DNA of 64,000 nt from an uncultured Rhizobacter sp. GTDB taxonomy: Bacteria; Pseudomonadota; Gammaproteobacteria; Burkholderiales; Burkholderiaceae_C. A program made the translations under genes and the position numbers. A model generated the notes under the pieces. The model was not told the origin of the DNA, ran no database searches, and saw only the letters and a list, made by a program, of their open reading frames with translations. Numbering within the stretch: position 1 is the first letter of the stretch; each line of letters begins with the position of its first letter. Positions 8,956 to 18,401 of the stretch are shown piece by piece. The DNA lies in assembly GCA_966211755.1 (NCBI GenBank), contig CBIHOH010000006.1, positions 24,534 through 88,533 on the forward strand, given 5' to 3'.

Positions 8956-9594
8956 ATGAAACAAGTCACTCCCGAAGCATTCATCGATCTCCTCCAATCC
9001 AGGGGCAGTGCCGCCCTGCAGGCCCAGCTCGCGCGCTTTGATCTGGACATGGCGCTCGGCGGGCACGACGAGAGTTGCTACGTCATCGACGGCGGGCTCT
9101 CGCTGGAAGGCGACTGGCAGCCGCCGGCCGCCAACCTGATCGTCATGGGCCCGCTGGCCTCGTCGGGTTTCGTCCATGCGCAATGCGCCGACGAAGACTT
9201 CGACGAGGGCGGATCGCTGTGGGTGCTCGGCGACCTCGACTGCCGGCACTTCGCCAACGACTACGGGAAATCCGTCTTCGTCGACGGGAACATGAAGGTC
9301 TCGGAGATCGCCGTCAACGCCTTCCAGGACGCCAGCCTCGTCGTCACGGGAGATTTCAAGGCCCGCTACTTCTATGGCATCGACATCTGGGTGGAGGCCG
9401 GCGGACGCATCGAGATGGAGTACGGCGAGGGCTACGGCCTGCCGATCGGCTACACGGAGGCCGCCGCGCAAGCCGTCGATCCGGAACACGACAAGGACAC
9501 CTCGCTGGCGCTCCTAGGGGTGCCCGACGGGCGGGCGCAGGATGCCCTGGTTGAAAGAATCCGGCGGCAGGAACGTTTTTTCCAAACCCCCTGA
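8956..9594 (+). CDS. hypothetical acidic protein with beta-solenoid-like repeats
   Basis: Recurrent hydrophobic-x-V-x-G-[DN]-hydrophobic units (VIDGGL, LWVLGDL, VFVDGNM, LVVTGDF); GC3-biased codons. Confidence 0.7.
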   Translation: MKQVTPEAFIDLLQSRGSAALQAQLARFDLDMALGGHDESCYVIDGGLSLEGDWQPPAANLIVMGPLASSGFVHAQCADEDFDEGGSLWVLGDLDCRHFANDYGKSVFVDGNMKVSEIAVNAFQDASLVVTGDFKARYFYGIDIWVEAGGRIEMEYGEGYGLPIGYTEAAAQAVDPEHDKDTSLALLGVPDGRAQDALVERIRRQERFFQTP

Positions 9595-9639
9595 GCAGCG
9601 CTCGTCACGCCGCGCCGGCCTGCGGCGGGCCCGGCCCCG

Positions 9640-11973
9640 TCAAGGCACGGCGGCCCGCACCGCATCGTCCACCGTGTCGAGCAGCACGAACTCCATCGCC
9701 TCGCGCACCGAGGGCGGCACGTCGCGCAAGTCCTTCTCGTTGCGCGACGGGATCATCACCCGGGCCAGCCCGGCACGCTGCGCGGCCAGCGCCTTGTCCT
9801 TGATGCCGCCGACCGGCAGCACCAGTCCACGCAGGCTGATCTCGCCGGTCATCGCCACCTCGTGCTGCACCGCCCGCTGGGTGAACAGGGAGGACAGGGC
9901 GATGAACATCGCCACGCCGGCACTCGGCCCGTCCTTGGGGATGGCGCCGGCCGGCACGTGCAGGTGCACGTCCACCCCGTCGAACGAGGCGTCGTCTATG
10001 CCGAGCCGGGCGGCACGCGACTTGACCAGGGTCAGGGCCGCCTGCGCGCTCTCCTTCATCACCTCGCCCAGCTGCCCGGTGAGGATGAGCTTGCCGCTGC
10101 CCCGCACCCGGGTGGCCTCGATGAAGAGGATGTCGCCGCCGAACGGTGTCCAGGCCAGGCCGGTCGCCACGCCGGGCAGGCCGCTGCGCAAGGCCACCTC
10201 GTGCTCGAACTTCGCCGGGCCGACGATGTTGTCGAGATCGGCGACGTCGATGCGCACCGCCTCCTGTGCCCCCGCCGCGACCTCCATGGCGGCATGGCGC
10301 ATGACGCGGCCGATCTCGCGTTCGAGCTGGCGCACGCCGGCTTCGCGGGTGTAGTCGGCCACCAGGCTGCGCAGGGCGGGGTCGGTGATCTCGCACAGGT
10401 CCGCACTCAGGCCGTTGGCTTCGCGCTGGCGCGGCATCAGGTAGGTGCGGGCGATCTGCAGCTTTTCCTCCAGGGTGTAGCCGGGCAGCTCGATCACCTC
10501 CATGCGGTCGCGCACCGGGCCGGGCACGTTGTCGATGACGTTGGCCGTGGTGACGAAGACCACCCGGCTGAGGTCGAAGGGCACGCCGAGGTAGTTGTCG
10601 CGGAAGCTGGAGTTCTGCTCGGGATCGAGCACCTCGAGCAGCGCGGCCGACGGGTCTCCCTGCAGGCTGGCCGACACCTTGTCCACCTCGTCGAGCATCA
10701 TGACGCAGTCGCGCGCCCCGGCCTTGCGCAGGCTTTGCACGATGATGCCCGGCATGGCGCCGATGTAGGTGCGGCGGTGGCCGCGGATTTCCGCCTCGTC
10801 GTGCACGCCCCCCAGCGACACGCGGGCGAACGGCCGCTGCATCGCCCGCGCGATGCTTTGCCCGAGCGAGGTCTTGCCCACGCCCGGAGGGCCGACAAAG
10901 CACAGGATGGGGGCCCGCCCGTTCGGATTGAGCTTTTTCACCGCCAGGAATTCGAGGATGCGCTGCTTGACTTTCTCGAGGCCGAAATGGTCGGCCTCCA
11001 GCGTGCGGCGCGCGGCGCCGAGGTCGATGACCAGCGGCGCCGGGTCGCGCCAGGGCAGCTCGGTCATCCACTCGAGGTAGGTGCGCAGCATCGAGCCCTC
11101 GGCGCCGCCGTCGGACATGCGCTGCAGCCGCCCCAGTTCCTTGCGCGCCTGGGCCTCGATGTCGGGCGGCATGCCGGCGTCCGCGATGGCCTTGTCGAGC
11201 TGGGCGACGTCGTCGCCGCCGGCGTCGCCCTCGCCCAGCTCCTTCTGGATCGCCTTCAGCTGCTCGCGCAACAGGAACTTGCGTTGCCGGTCGTCGAGCT
11301 GCTCCTTGGTGCGTTCACCGATCTCCTGCGACAGGCGAAGCACCTCGATGCGGTGCGACAACATGCCCAGCACCTTCTGCAGGCGCTGCTCCACGCCCAG
11401 CGTTTCCAGCAGTTGCTGCTTCTGGGCGATCTCGGCATCGATCAGGCTGGCGGTGATGTCGGCCAGGTGCGACGGCTCGCGCGTGGCCTGCAAGGCATGC
11501 GACAACTCCGCCGGCACGCCGGGCAGCAGGGACAGGATCTCGACCGCCCGCTCACGCAGCTGCATGCCCAGCGCCTCGGCCTCGGTGCTGGGCACGGGTG
11601 CCTCGTCGATGCGCTGGATCCGCGCGGCCATGAAGGGATAGCCCGGCACCAGCTCGAGCAGGCGAAAGCGTTGCAGTCCCTGGCAGACCGCATGGCGCAG
11701 CCCGTCCGCGGAACTGACCACGCGCACGATGCTGGACAAGGTGCCGATGTCGCACAGCGCGCGGCGATCGGGATCGTCGGCCAGCGGATCCTTCTGCAGC
11801 ACGATGCCCACCAGCCCCTTGGCCTGCGCCGCCTGCAGCACGGCGCCGATCGACTTCTCGCGGCCCACGGTGATGGGCAGCAACACATGCGGGAACAGCA
11901 CCACATTGCGCATCGGCACGATGGGGAACACATCGGCCGGCATGGGCATCCTGGGAGAGTTCGCAGCGTTCAT
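9640..11973 (-). CDS. lon: Lon ATP-dependent protease
   Basis: PMRNVVLFP N-domain, GPPGVGKT, LDEVDK, PKDGPSAG (Ser), VGGIKDK (Lys); start set at MNAANS with AAGGA upstream. Confidence 0.95.
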   Translation of the reverse strand: MNAANSPRMPMPADVFPIVPMRNVVLFPHVLLPITVGREKSIGAVLQAAQAKGLVGIVLQKDPLADDPDRRALCDIGTLSSIVRVVSSADGLRHAVCQGLQRFRLLELVPGYPFMAARIQRIDEAPVPSTEAEALGMQLRERAVEILSLLPGVPAELSHALQATREPSHLADITASLIDAEIAQKQQLLETLGVEQRLQKVLGMLSHRIEVLRLSQEIGERTKEQLDDRQRKFLLREQLKAIQKELGEGDAGGDDVAQLDKAIADAGMPPDIEAQARKELGRLQRMSDGGAEGSMLRTYLEWMTELPWRDPAPLVIDLGAARRTLEADHFGLEKVKQRILEFLAVKKLNPNGRAPILCFVGPPGVGKTSLGQSIARAMQRPFARVSLGGVHDEAEIRGHRRTYIGAMPGIIVQSLRKAGARDCVMMLDEVDKVSASLQGDPSAALLEVLDPEQNSSFRDNYLGVPFDLSRVVFVTTANVIDNVPGPVRDRMEVIELPGYTLEEKLQIARTYLMPRQREANGLSADLCEITDPALRSLVADYTREAGVRQLEREIGRVMRHAAMEVAAGAQEAVRIDVADLDNIVGPAKFEHEVALRSGLPGVATGLAWTPFGGDILFIEATRVRGSGKLILTGQLGEVMKESAQAALTLVKSRAARLGIDDASFDGVDVHLHVPAGAIPKDGPSAGVAMFIALSSLFTQRAVQHEVAMTGEISLRGLVLPVGGIKDKALAAQRAGLARVMIPSRNEKDLRDVPPSVREAMEFVLLDTVDDAVRAAVP

Positions 11974-12202
11974 CACGATCCTTCGCAAGAGGTAGGATGG
12001 CTCACCCGTCCCGCGCGCGCCACACTTATCCATGACACGGTCAATGTCACGCGGATTGGCAACACTAGGAACTTCGGCGCCGTGCGCCTCGCGGGCGACA
12101 GCCGGCCGGGGCGTCGGCTTGCATTGGCATGCGGGGTGCCTGCGGCATGGCGGGCGTTCCGTACGGGAAGATTCATGCCGGGACCGACCAAGGAGCATGC
12201 TC

Positions 12203-12838
12203 ATGGACAAGCTGTTTGCGGATCGAGCCGAGGCCGGCAGCGTGCTGGCGCATGTGTTGCGCCACCTCGCCCCGCCCGATCCCGTGGTGATCGCGCTTCC
12301 CGGCGGCGGCGTGCCGGTGGCGGCCAAGGTGGCGCACTCCCTGCCGGCGCCGCTGGACCTGCTGCTGGGCCGTGACATCGCGGCGCCCGACCGGCCCGCA
12401 CTGACCGTCGCCTCGGTGTTCGACGGTGCCTGGCCCGACATCGTGCTCGACGACGAGGCGATGACGGAAAGCGGCGCCACCGCCGAATACGTGCAGGAAA
12501 TGGTCCCCGGGGCCTTGCACGAACTCGCGCGGCGGCGCCGGCGCCTGCTCGGCAGCCGCCGGCCGCTGCCGCTGCAGGGCCACACGGCCGTGCTCGTCGA
12601 CGACGGCGACACGCCCCCCGCCAGGCTGCGCGCCGCCATCGAGGCCTTGCGCCAGCGCGGGCCGGCAGGCGTGGTGCTCGCGGTGCCGGTGGCGGCCTCC
12701 GCGGCGGTCGCCCACTTGAGCGACTGCGCCGACACCTTCGTCTGCGTGGAACAGCGGCCCGCGGCAAGTGCCGGCTACACCGACTTCCCGCCCATCAGCG
12801 ACGAGGACGTCGCCGCCACTCTCGAAAGCACCCCATGA
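12203..12838 (+). CDS. phosphoribosyltransferase-fold protein
   Basis: FADRAEAG..LA, ALPGGGVPVA, VLVDDG, VLAVPVA; AAGGAG RBS; PRPP loop degenerate. Confidence 0.8.
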   Translation: MDKLFADRAEAGSVLAHVLRHLAPPDPVVIALPGGGVPVAAKVAHSLPAPLDLLLGRDIAAPDRPALTVASVFDGAWPDIVLDDEAMTESGATAEYVQEMVPGALHELARRRRRLLGSRRPLPLQGHTAVLVDDGDTPPARLRAAIEALRQRGPAGVVLAVPVAASAAVAHLSDCADTFVCVEQRPAASAGYTDFPPISDEDVAATLESTP

Positions 12839-13803
12839 CACGTCGCTTCGATGTCTGCAATGGAGACGCCGACGGGCTGTGCGCCGTGCGGCAATGGCGC
12901 CTGCACGAACCCGCCGAGGCGACGCTGGTCACCGGGCTCAAGCGCCAGATCGACCTGCTGGCGCAGGTCGAGGCCAGCCGCGGCGACGAGGTGCTGGTGT
13001 GCGACATCGCCTTGTCGCGCAACCGCGACGCGCTGCTGCGCCTGCTCGATGCCGGCGTGCGGGTGCGCTATTTCGACCACCACAGCACGGGGGCGCCGGT
13101 CCGTCATGCCGGCTTCGAATCCTTCATCGACACCGCGCCCGAGGTCTGCAGCAGCGTGCTCGTGGACCGCGCGCTCGACGGGCGGCACCGCGCCTGGGCC
13201 GTCGTCGGCGCCTTCGGCGACAACCTGGCGCAGGTGGCGGAGCAGCTCGCCGCCGCGGCCGGCCTGAGCGCCACGCAGGCCGGGCAGCTGCGGACGATGG
13301 GCGAAGCCATCAACTACAACGCCTACGGCGAGGACCTCTCCGACGTGCTGGTCGCGCCGGCCGACCTGTACGGGCTGATGGCCCGCTACACCGACCCGCT
13401 CGACATGCTGGCCCGCGAGCCGCTGCTGCGCGGGATCGAGGCACGCCGCCTCGACGACCTGGCGCTGGCCTCGCGGCTGCAGCCCTACTGGGAAGATGCC
13501 CGCGGCAGCGTGCTGCTGCTGCCGGCCATGGCCTGGAGCCGGCGTGTGGTCGGCACGTTCGCCAACGCCCTCTCGCAGCGCCAGCCGCACCGCGCCCACG
13601 CCCTGCTGGTGGCCGAGCCGGCGGGCAGCTGGCGCGTCAGCGTGCGCGCCCCCCTCGATGCCCCCGGCGGCGCCGCCGAGCTGTGCGCCCGCTTCGGCGG
13701 GGCGGGCCGGGCCGCGGCGGGCGGCATCGACCACCTGCCGGCCACCGAACTCGAGCGCTTCGTCCGCAGCTTCGCCGCCGCGCGCTGGCCCGCGGCCGCC
13801 TGA
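12835..13803 (+). CDS. DHH-family phosphoesterase-like protein
   Basis: NGDADG, YFDHH and C-terminal SVR...GGAGRAAAGG motifs; ATGA overlap with upstream gene. Confidence 0.75.
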   Translation: MTRRFDVCNGDADGLCAVRQWRLHEPAEATLVTGLKRQIDLLAQVEASRGDEVLVCDIALSRNRDALLRLLDAGVRVRYFDHHSTGAPVRHAGFESFIDTAPEVCSSVLVDRALDGRHRAWAVVGAFGDNLAQVAEQLAAAAGLSATQAGQLRTMGEAINYNAYGEDLSDVLVAPADLYGLMARYTDPLDMLAREPLLRGIEARRLDDLALASRLQPYWEDARGSVLLLPAMAWSRRVVGTFANALSQRQPHRAHALLVAEPAGSWRVSVRAPLDAPGGAAELCARFGGAGRAAAGGIDHLPATELERFVRSFAAARWPAAA

Positions 13804-13968
13804 GCCGGCCACCTGCCACGGCCCGGCAGGGCCCGCAGGGGCGGACGCGCCGCCGGCGATACATTCACTGACACGCCCCCCCTTTGTCGGGATCGCATGC
13901 CATGGGCAAGCGCATCGACAATGGCGGCTGCTCCGGCCGATCCGGAAACGCCTCTTTAAACACTTTTC

Positions 13969-14964
13969 GTGCGACACCTCCCTGCCGTGACTCCGACTCC
14001 CCCCTCTCAGCCAAAGCCGAAGCGTGTGCTGGTCATCCACTATTCGCAGACCGGCCAGCTGACGGCGCTGGCCGAGCGGATCGTGGCGCCCTTGAAGGCC
14101 GACCCACTGATCAGCGTGCATGTGGAAACGCTGCGTCCGCTGCAGGAATTCCCCTTTCCGTGGCCGTTTTTCCAGTTCTTCGATGCGTTTCCGGAGTCGG
14201 CGCACCTGGTGCCGCCGCCGCTGCAACCGCTGTCGCTCACGGGGGAGGAGGACTTCGACCTGGTGATCCTGCCGTACCAGGTGTGGTTCCTGGCGCCTTC
14301 GCAGCCCATCACCGCCTTCCTGAAACACCCGCTGGCGCAGCGCCTGCTGGCAGGCAAGCCGGTGGTGACCGTCATCGCCTGCCGCAACATGTGGCTGACG
14401 GCGCATGAAAAACTCAAGCGCCTACTGGCCGCCAAGGGCGCGCGATTGATCGACAACGTGGTCCTCACCGACCCCGGCTCGCCGCTGGGAACCTTCCTCA
14501 CCACGACCGCCTGGCTGTTGGCCGGCCGCAAGACCGGTTTCTGGGGCCTGCCGGATGCCGGGCTGACGTCGCAGCAAATCAACGGCTCGGTGCGTTTCGG
14601 CCGCGCCCTGGTCGAGGCCTTGAAACAGGACCGCGAAAAGCAGGCGCAACCGCTGTTGGCAGGCCTAGGCGCCGTCACGGCCGACCCGCGGCTGATGTTC
14701 AGCGAAAAGGCCGGCACCCGCAGCTTCTATGTGTGGGGGCTGCTGATCCGTGCACTGGGCCGGCCCGGCAGCTGGCAACGCAAGCCCTTCCTGGCCTTGT
14801 ATGTCGCCTTCCTGATTGCGCTGATTATCACGGTCGTGCCGGTCAGCTTGGGTCTGCAGGCCTTGCTGCGCCCCTTGCTCAAAAAGCGCCTGGGTAGAAT
14901 GAAGACCCAGTTCGAGCTTCCTTCGGGCTCGACGACAGAGCGCTGCCACACGTATGAGGACTGA
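13969..14964 (+). CDS. darA: dialkylresorcinol condensing enzyme DarA-like
   Basis: KRVLVIHYSQTGQL, FPFPW..FFDAFPE, YQVWFLAPS.P, CRNMW; precedes a KAS III; start uncertain. Confidence 0.85.
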   Translation: MRHLPAVTPTPPSQPKPKRVLVIHYSQTGQLTALAERIVAPLKADPLISVHVETLRPLQEFPFPWPFFQFFDAFPESAHLVPPPLQPLSLTGEEDFDLVILPYQVWFLAPSQPITAFLKHPLAQRLLAGKPVVTVIACRNMWLTAHEKLKRLLAAKGARLIDNVVLTDPGSPLGTFLTTTAWLLAGRKTGFWGLPDAGLTSQQINGSVRFGRALVEALKQDREKQAQPLLAGLGAVTADPRLMFSEKAGTRSFYVWGLLIRALGRPGSWQRKPFLALYVAFLIALIITVVPVSLGLQALLRPLLKKRLGRMKTQFELPSGSTTERCHTYED

Positions 14965-16087
14965 TGTTTTCCTGACCCGCACCGGGTCGTTCCTGCCTTT
15001 TGCGCCCGTTGGCAACGAAGAAATCGAGGATGTACTCGGCCGCGTCGGCGGCAAGGCTTCGCGCGCGCGCCGCATGGTGCTGCGCAGCAACGGCATCCAG
15101 TCGCGCCACTATGCCGTCGACCGGGCCACCGGCCGGCTGGCCATGACCAATGCGCAGCTGACCGCCGAGGCCATTCGCGCGCTGGGCGATGTGGGCCGGG
15201 TCGACTGCCTGGTCACCGGCACCTCGCTGCCCGACCAGCTCATGCCCAACCACGCGGTGATGGTGCATGGCCAGCTCGGCTGGCCGCGCCTCGAAGTGGT
15301 GTCGTGCGCCGGCATCTGCCTGGCCGGCACCGCCGCGCTCAAGCATGCCTGGCTGTCGGTGCGGGCGGGCGATGCGGCACGCGCCGTCGCCACCGGTTCC
15401 GAGCTGGCTTCCTCCATCTTGCTGGCCCACAACTTCGACGCCGAGGTGGAAGCCAAGCTGCAGGCCCTCGAGGCGAGGCCCGAGATCGCCTTCGAGAAAG
15501 ACTTCCTGCGCTGGATGCTCTCCGACGGCGCCGGCGCGGTGCTGCTGGAGGACACACCCCGCGGCCCGCTGTCCCTGCGCATCGACTGGATCGACCTGTC
15601 GTCCGCCGCCCATGAGCTGCCGGCCTGCATGTACACCGGCGCCGACAAGAACGCGGACGAGTCGCTGCAAGGCTGGGCGCGCATCCCGTCCGCCGAATGG
15701 CGTGAACGCTCCGTTTTCGCCGTCAAGCAGGACGTGCGCCTGCTCAACGAGAACATCGTGCGCGCCACGCTGCGCGAGCCGCTGCAGGAGCTGATTGCGC
15801 GGCGCCAGCTGACAGCCGACGGCATCGACTGGTTCCTGCCGCACTTGTCGTCGACCTACTTCATCGAGCCGGTGCAGCAATGCCTGGCGGAGCTGGGGTT
15901 CGCGATTCCGCGCGAGCGCTGGTTCAGCAACCTGATCCACAAGGGCAACACCGGCTCGGCATCGCCCTACATCATGCTGGACGAACTGTTCCGCTCCGGG
16001 CGCATCCGCCCCGGCCACAAGCTTCTCATGTTCGTGCCCGAGAGCGGGCGTTTTTCAAGCGGCTTCGTCCACATGGAGGCGGTGTAA
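14954..16087 (+). CDS. darB: DarB/StlD-type beta-ketoacyl-ACP synthase III
   Basis: GIC (Cys), FEKDFLRWMLSDGAGA, FLPHLSS (His), GNTGSAS (Asn), VPESGRF. Confidence 0.88.
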   Translation: MRTDVFLTRTGSFLPFAPVGNEEIEDVLGRVGGKASRARRMVLRSNGIQSRHYAVDRATGRLAMTNAQLTAEAIRALGDVGRVDCLVTGTSLPDQLMPNHAVMVHGQLGWPRLEVVSCAGICLAGTAALKHAWLSVRAGDAARAVATGSELASSILLAHNFDAEVEAKLQALEARPEIAFEKDFLRWMLSDGAGAVLLEDTPRGPLSLRIDWIDLSSAAHELPACMYTGADKNADESLQGWARIPSAEWRERSVFAVKQDVRLLNENIVRATLREPLQELIARRQLTADGIDWFLPHLSSTYFIEPVQQCLAELGFAIPRERWFSNLIHKGNTGSASPYIMLDELFRSGRIRPGHKLLMFVPESGRFSSGFVHMEAV

Positions 16088-16090
16088 GCG

Positions 16091-16486
16091 ATGGATCTGG
16101 ACGCCGTGCCCCAGGAGGGCAATACCACCCTGGGCGGCCACCGCAAGGCCGTGTACGCGCGCGACGCGCAGGGCCGGGTCGTGATGGCCGCCTCGCGCGG
16201 CTGGGAAGCCGAGGAGATCGTGACCAGCCATGCGGTCGACGCGCTGCAGGCGCTGGCCCAGGCCGCCCGGGCGCGCGTGCAGGCCGGCAGCGCCTCGCCG
16301 CTGGAGTACTGGATGTACGCCTGCCGCATGGACGTGGCCCTGTTGTCGCAGACCAGCGGCTTCTGGCAGTGGCGGGTTCGCCGCCATCTGCAGCCCGCGC
16401 ACTTTGCCGCCTTGTCGCCCAAGCAGCTAGGCCGCTATGCCGACGCCCTGGGCGTATCGATCGACACCTTGCGCCGACTTCCATGA
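16091..16486 (+). CDS. conserved hypothetical protein of dar-type clusters
   Basis: VPQE...KAVYA...S.GWEAE...SPLEYWM..CRMD; coupled to both neighbours. Confidence 0.75.
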   Translation: MDLDAVPQEGNTTLGGHRKAVYARDAQGRVVMAASRGWEAEEIVTSHAVDALQALAQAARARVQAGSASPLEYWMYACRMDVALLSQTSGFWQWRVRRHLQPAHFAALSPKQLGRYADALGVSIDTLRRLP

Positions 16487-17463
16487 GCTTCCAGCACCGA
16501 CACGCCGCGCACTGCGAAAGCGGCGTCATCTCGAACCTGTTGCGCCACCACGGCGTGCCCATGAGCGAAAGCCTGGCCTTCGGCCTGTCCTCGGCCCTGT
16601 CCTTCGCCTACCTGCCGTTCATCAAGCTGTCGGGCCTGCCCCTGATCGCCTACCGGATGCCGCCCAAGTCCATCATCAAGGGCTTGCTGGCCCCGCTGGC
16701 GGCGCGTTTCCGCTTCGAGACCTTCGGCTCGCCCGAGTCCGGCCAGCAGCGGCTCGACGCCCTGCTGGCCAGCGGCCAGATCGTCGGCCTGCAGACCTCG
16801 GTCTACTGGCTGCCGTACTTCCCGCCCGACATGCGCTTCCATTTCAATGCGCACAACCTGCTGGTGTACGGCAAGGACGGCGACGACTACCTGATCAGCG
16901 ACCCGGTGTTCGAGGAGCCGGTGCGCTGCGCCAGCGCCGACCTGGCGCGCGCGCGTTTCGCCAAGGGGGTGCTGGCCCCCAAGGGCCTGATGTACTACCC
17001 CCAGTCGATCGGGCGCAAGCAGGTGGACGCCGAGGCGGTGCGCAAGGCCATCCGCAAGACGGCCCGCACCATGCTCGCCCCGGTGCCCATCGCCGGCGTG
17101 CGCGGCATGCGCCTGCTGGCCAACAAGCTGCAGCGCCTGCCGGCCGGCGACGCCCACAGCGTGGCCTTCATCGGCCACATCGTGCGCATGCAGGAGGAGA
17201 TCGGCACCGGCGGGGCCGGTTTCCGCTTCATCTATGCGGCCTTCCTGCAGGAAGCCGCGGAGCTGGCCAGCCTGCCGCGGCTGGCGGAGTTCTCCGAGCG
17301 CCTGATCGCCATCGGCGACGGCTGGCGCAGCTTTGCGCTGAAGGCGGCGCGCATGGTGAAGGGCCGCGAAGCCGTCGACCCGCCCGCGCTCGCCGCCAAG
17401 CTGCGCGAGCAGGCCGCGCTGGAAGAGGCCTTTTTCCGCGAACTCAAGGCGGTGGCCGGCTGA
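16483..17463 (+). CDS. BtrH-like (papain-fold, C39-related) protein
   Basis: HCESG (Cys), FHFNAH (His), ISDP, EEIGTGGAGFR; ATGA overlap. Confidence 0.8.
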   Translation: MSFQHRHAAHCESGVISNLLRHHGVPMSESLAFGLSSALSFAYLPFIKLSGLPLIAYRMPPKSIIKGLLAPLAARFRFETFGSPESGQQRLDALLASGQIVGLQTSVYWLPYFPPDMRFHFNAHNLLVYGKDGDDYLISDPVFEEPVRCASADLARARFAKGVLAPKGLMYYPQSIGRKQVDAEAVRKAIRKTARTMLAPVPIAGVRGMRLLANKLQRLPAGDAHSVAFIGHIVRMQEEIGTGGAGFRFIYAAFLQEAAELASLPRLAEFSERLIAIGDGWRSFALKAARMVKGREAVDPPALAAKLREQAALEEAFFRELKAVAG

Positions 17464-17489
17464 CCCGCCGGCTGTCCGGTTTCTCGTCC

Positions 17490-18401
17490 ATGCTCACGCT
17501 CAAGCAGCTCGGCCACCGCTATCCGCTCGCGCCGAAGGCCGCGCTCGACGGGGTCTCGCTCGAGGCCCGGCGCGGCGAGGTGCTGGGCCTGCTGGGGCCG
17601 AACGGCGCCGGCAAGACCACCCTCATCTCGCACCTGGCCGGCACGCTGCCGGTGCAGCAGGGCGAGATCCTGATCGATGGCGAAGCGCTGCAGGCCGTGC
17701 GCGCCCGCCAACCGACCCGCATCGCCGTGGCACCGCAGGAATATGCGTTCTACGGCATGCTCGGGGTGCGCGAGAACCTGGCCTGTTTCGCCGCGGCGGC
17801 ACGCCTGTCGGGCGCGCGCAAGCGGGCACGCATCGAGGCCTGCCTGGCCTTCGCCCAGCTGGAGCGTTTCGCCGGCACACGGGCCGAGCAGCTCTCCGGC
17901 GGCTTGAAGCGCCGGCTCAACCTGGCCATCGCCCTGCTGCCCGAGCCCGAGCTGGTGCTGTTCGACGAGCCCACGGTCGGGGTCGACCCGCAGTCGCGCG
18001 CCTTCCTGCTCGAAGCCATCAAGAACCTGGCCCGGCAGGGCGCGGCCGTCATCTACACCTCGCACTACATGGAAGAGATCGAGGCCATCGCCGACCGGGT
18101 GGTGATCCTCGACCACGGCAAGGTGATGCGCGACGGGTCGCTGGCCGAACTCCTGTCCCAGGGAAGCCCGCTGCTCACGCTGGGCGCGCCCGGGGCGGAT
18201 GCCGCGGCGCTGGCGCGCTTCGGCCTCGTCGAAACGCTCGGTGAGCGCCTGCGCATCCGGCTGCACCCCGGACAGACCGTGGCCGGCGTGCTGGCCGCAC
18301 TCGATGCCGCCGGCACCCCGGCCGAGCATGCCGAGTTCGGGCGCTACAACCTCGAACAGCTGTTCATGACCCTGACCCACCGCTCGCTGCGAGACACCTG
18401 A
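17490..18401 (+). CDS. ABC transporter ATP-binding protein
   Basis: GPNGAGKT, LSGG, FDEPT, SHYMEE. Confidence 0.92.
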   Translation: MLTLKQLGHRYPLAPKAALDGVSLEARRGEVLGLLGPNGAGKTTLISHLAGTLPVQQGEILIDGEALQAVRARQPTRIAVAPQEYAFYGMLGVRENLACFAAAARLSGARKRARIEACLAFAQLERFAGTRAEQLSGGLKRRLNLAIALLPEPELVLFDEPTVGVDPQSRAFLLEAIKNLARQGAAVIYTSHYMEEIEAIADRVVILDHGKVMRDGSLAELLSQGSPLLTLGAPGADAAALARFGLVETLGERLRIRLHPGQTVAGVLAALDAAGTPAEHAEFGRYNLEQLFMTLTHRSLRDT

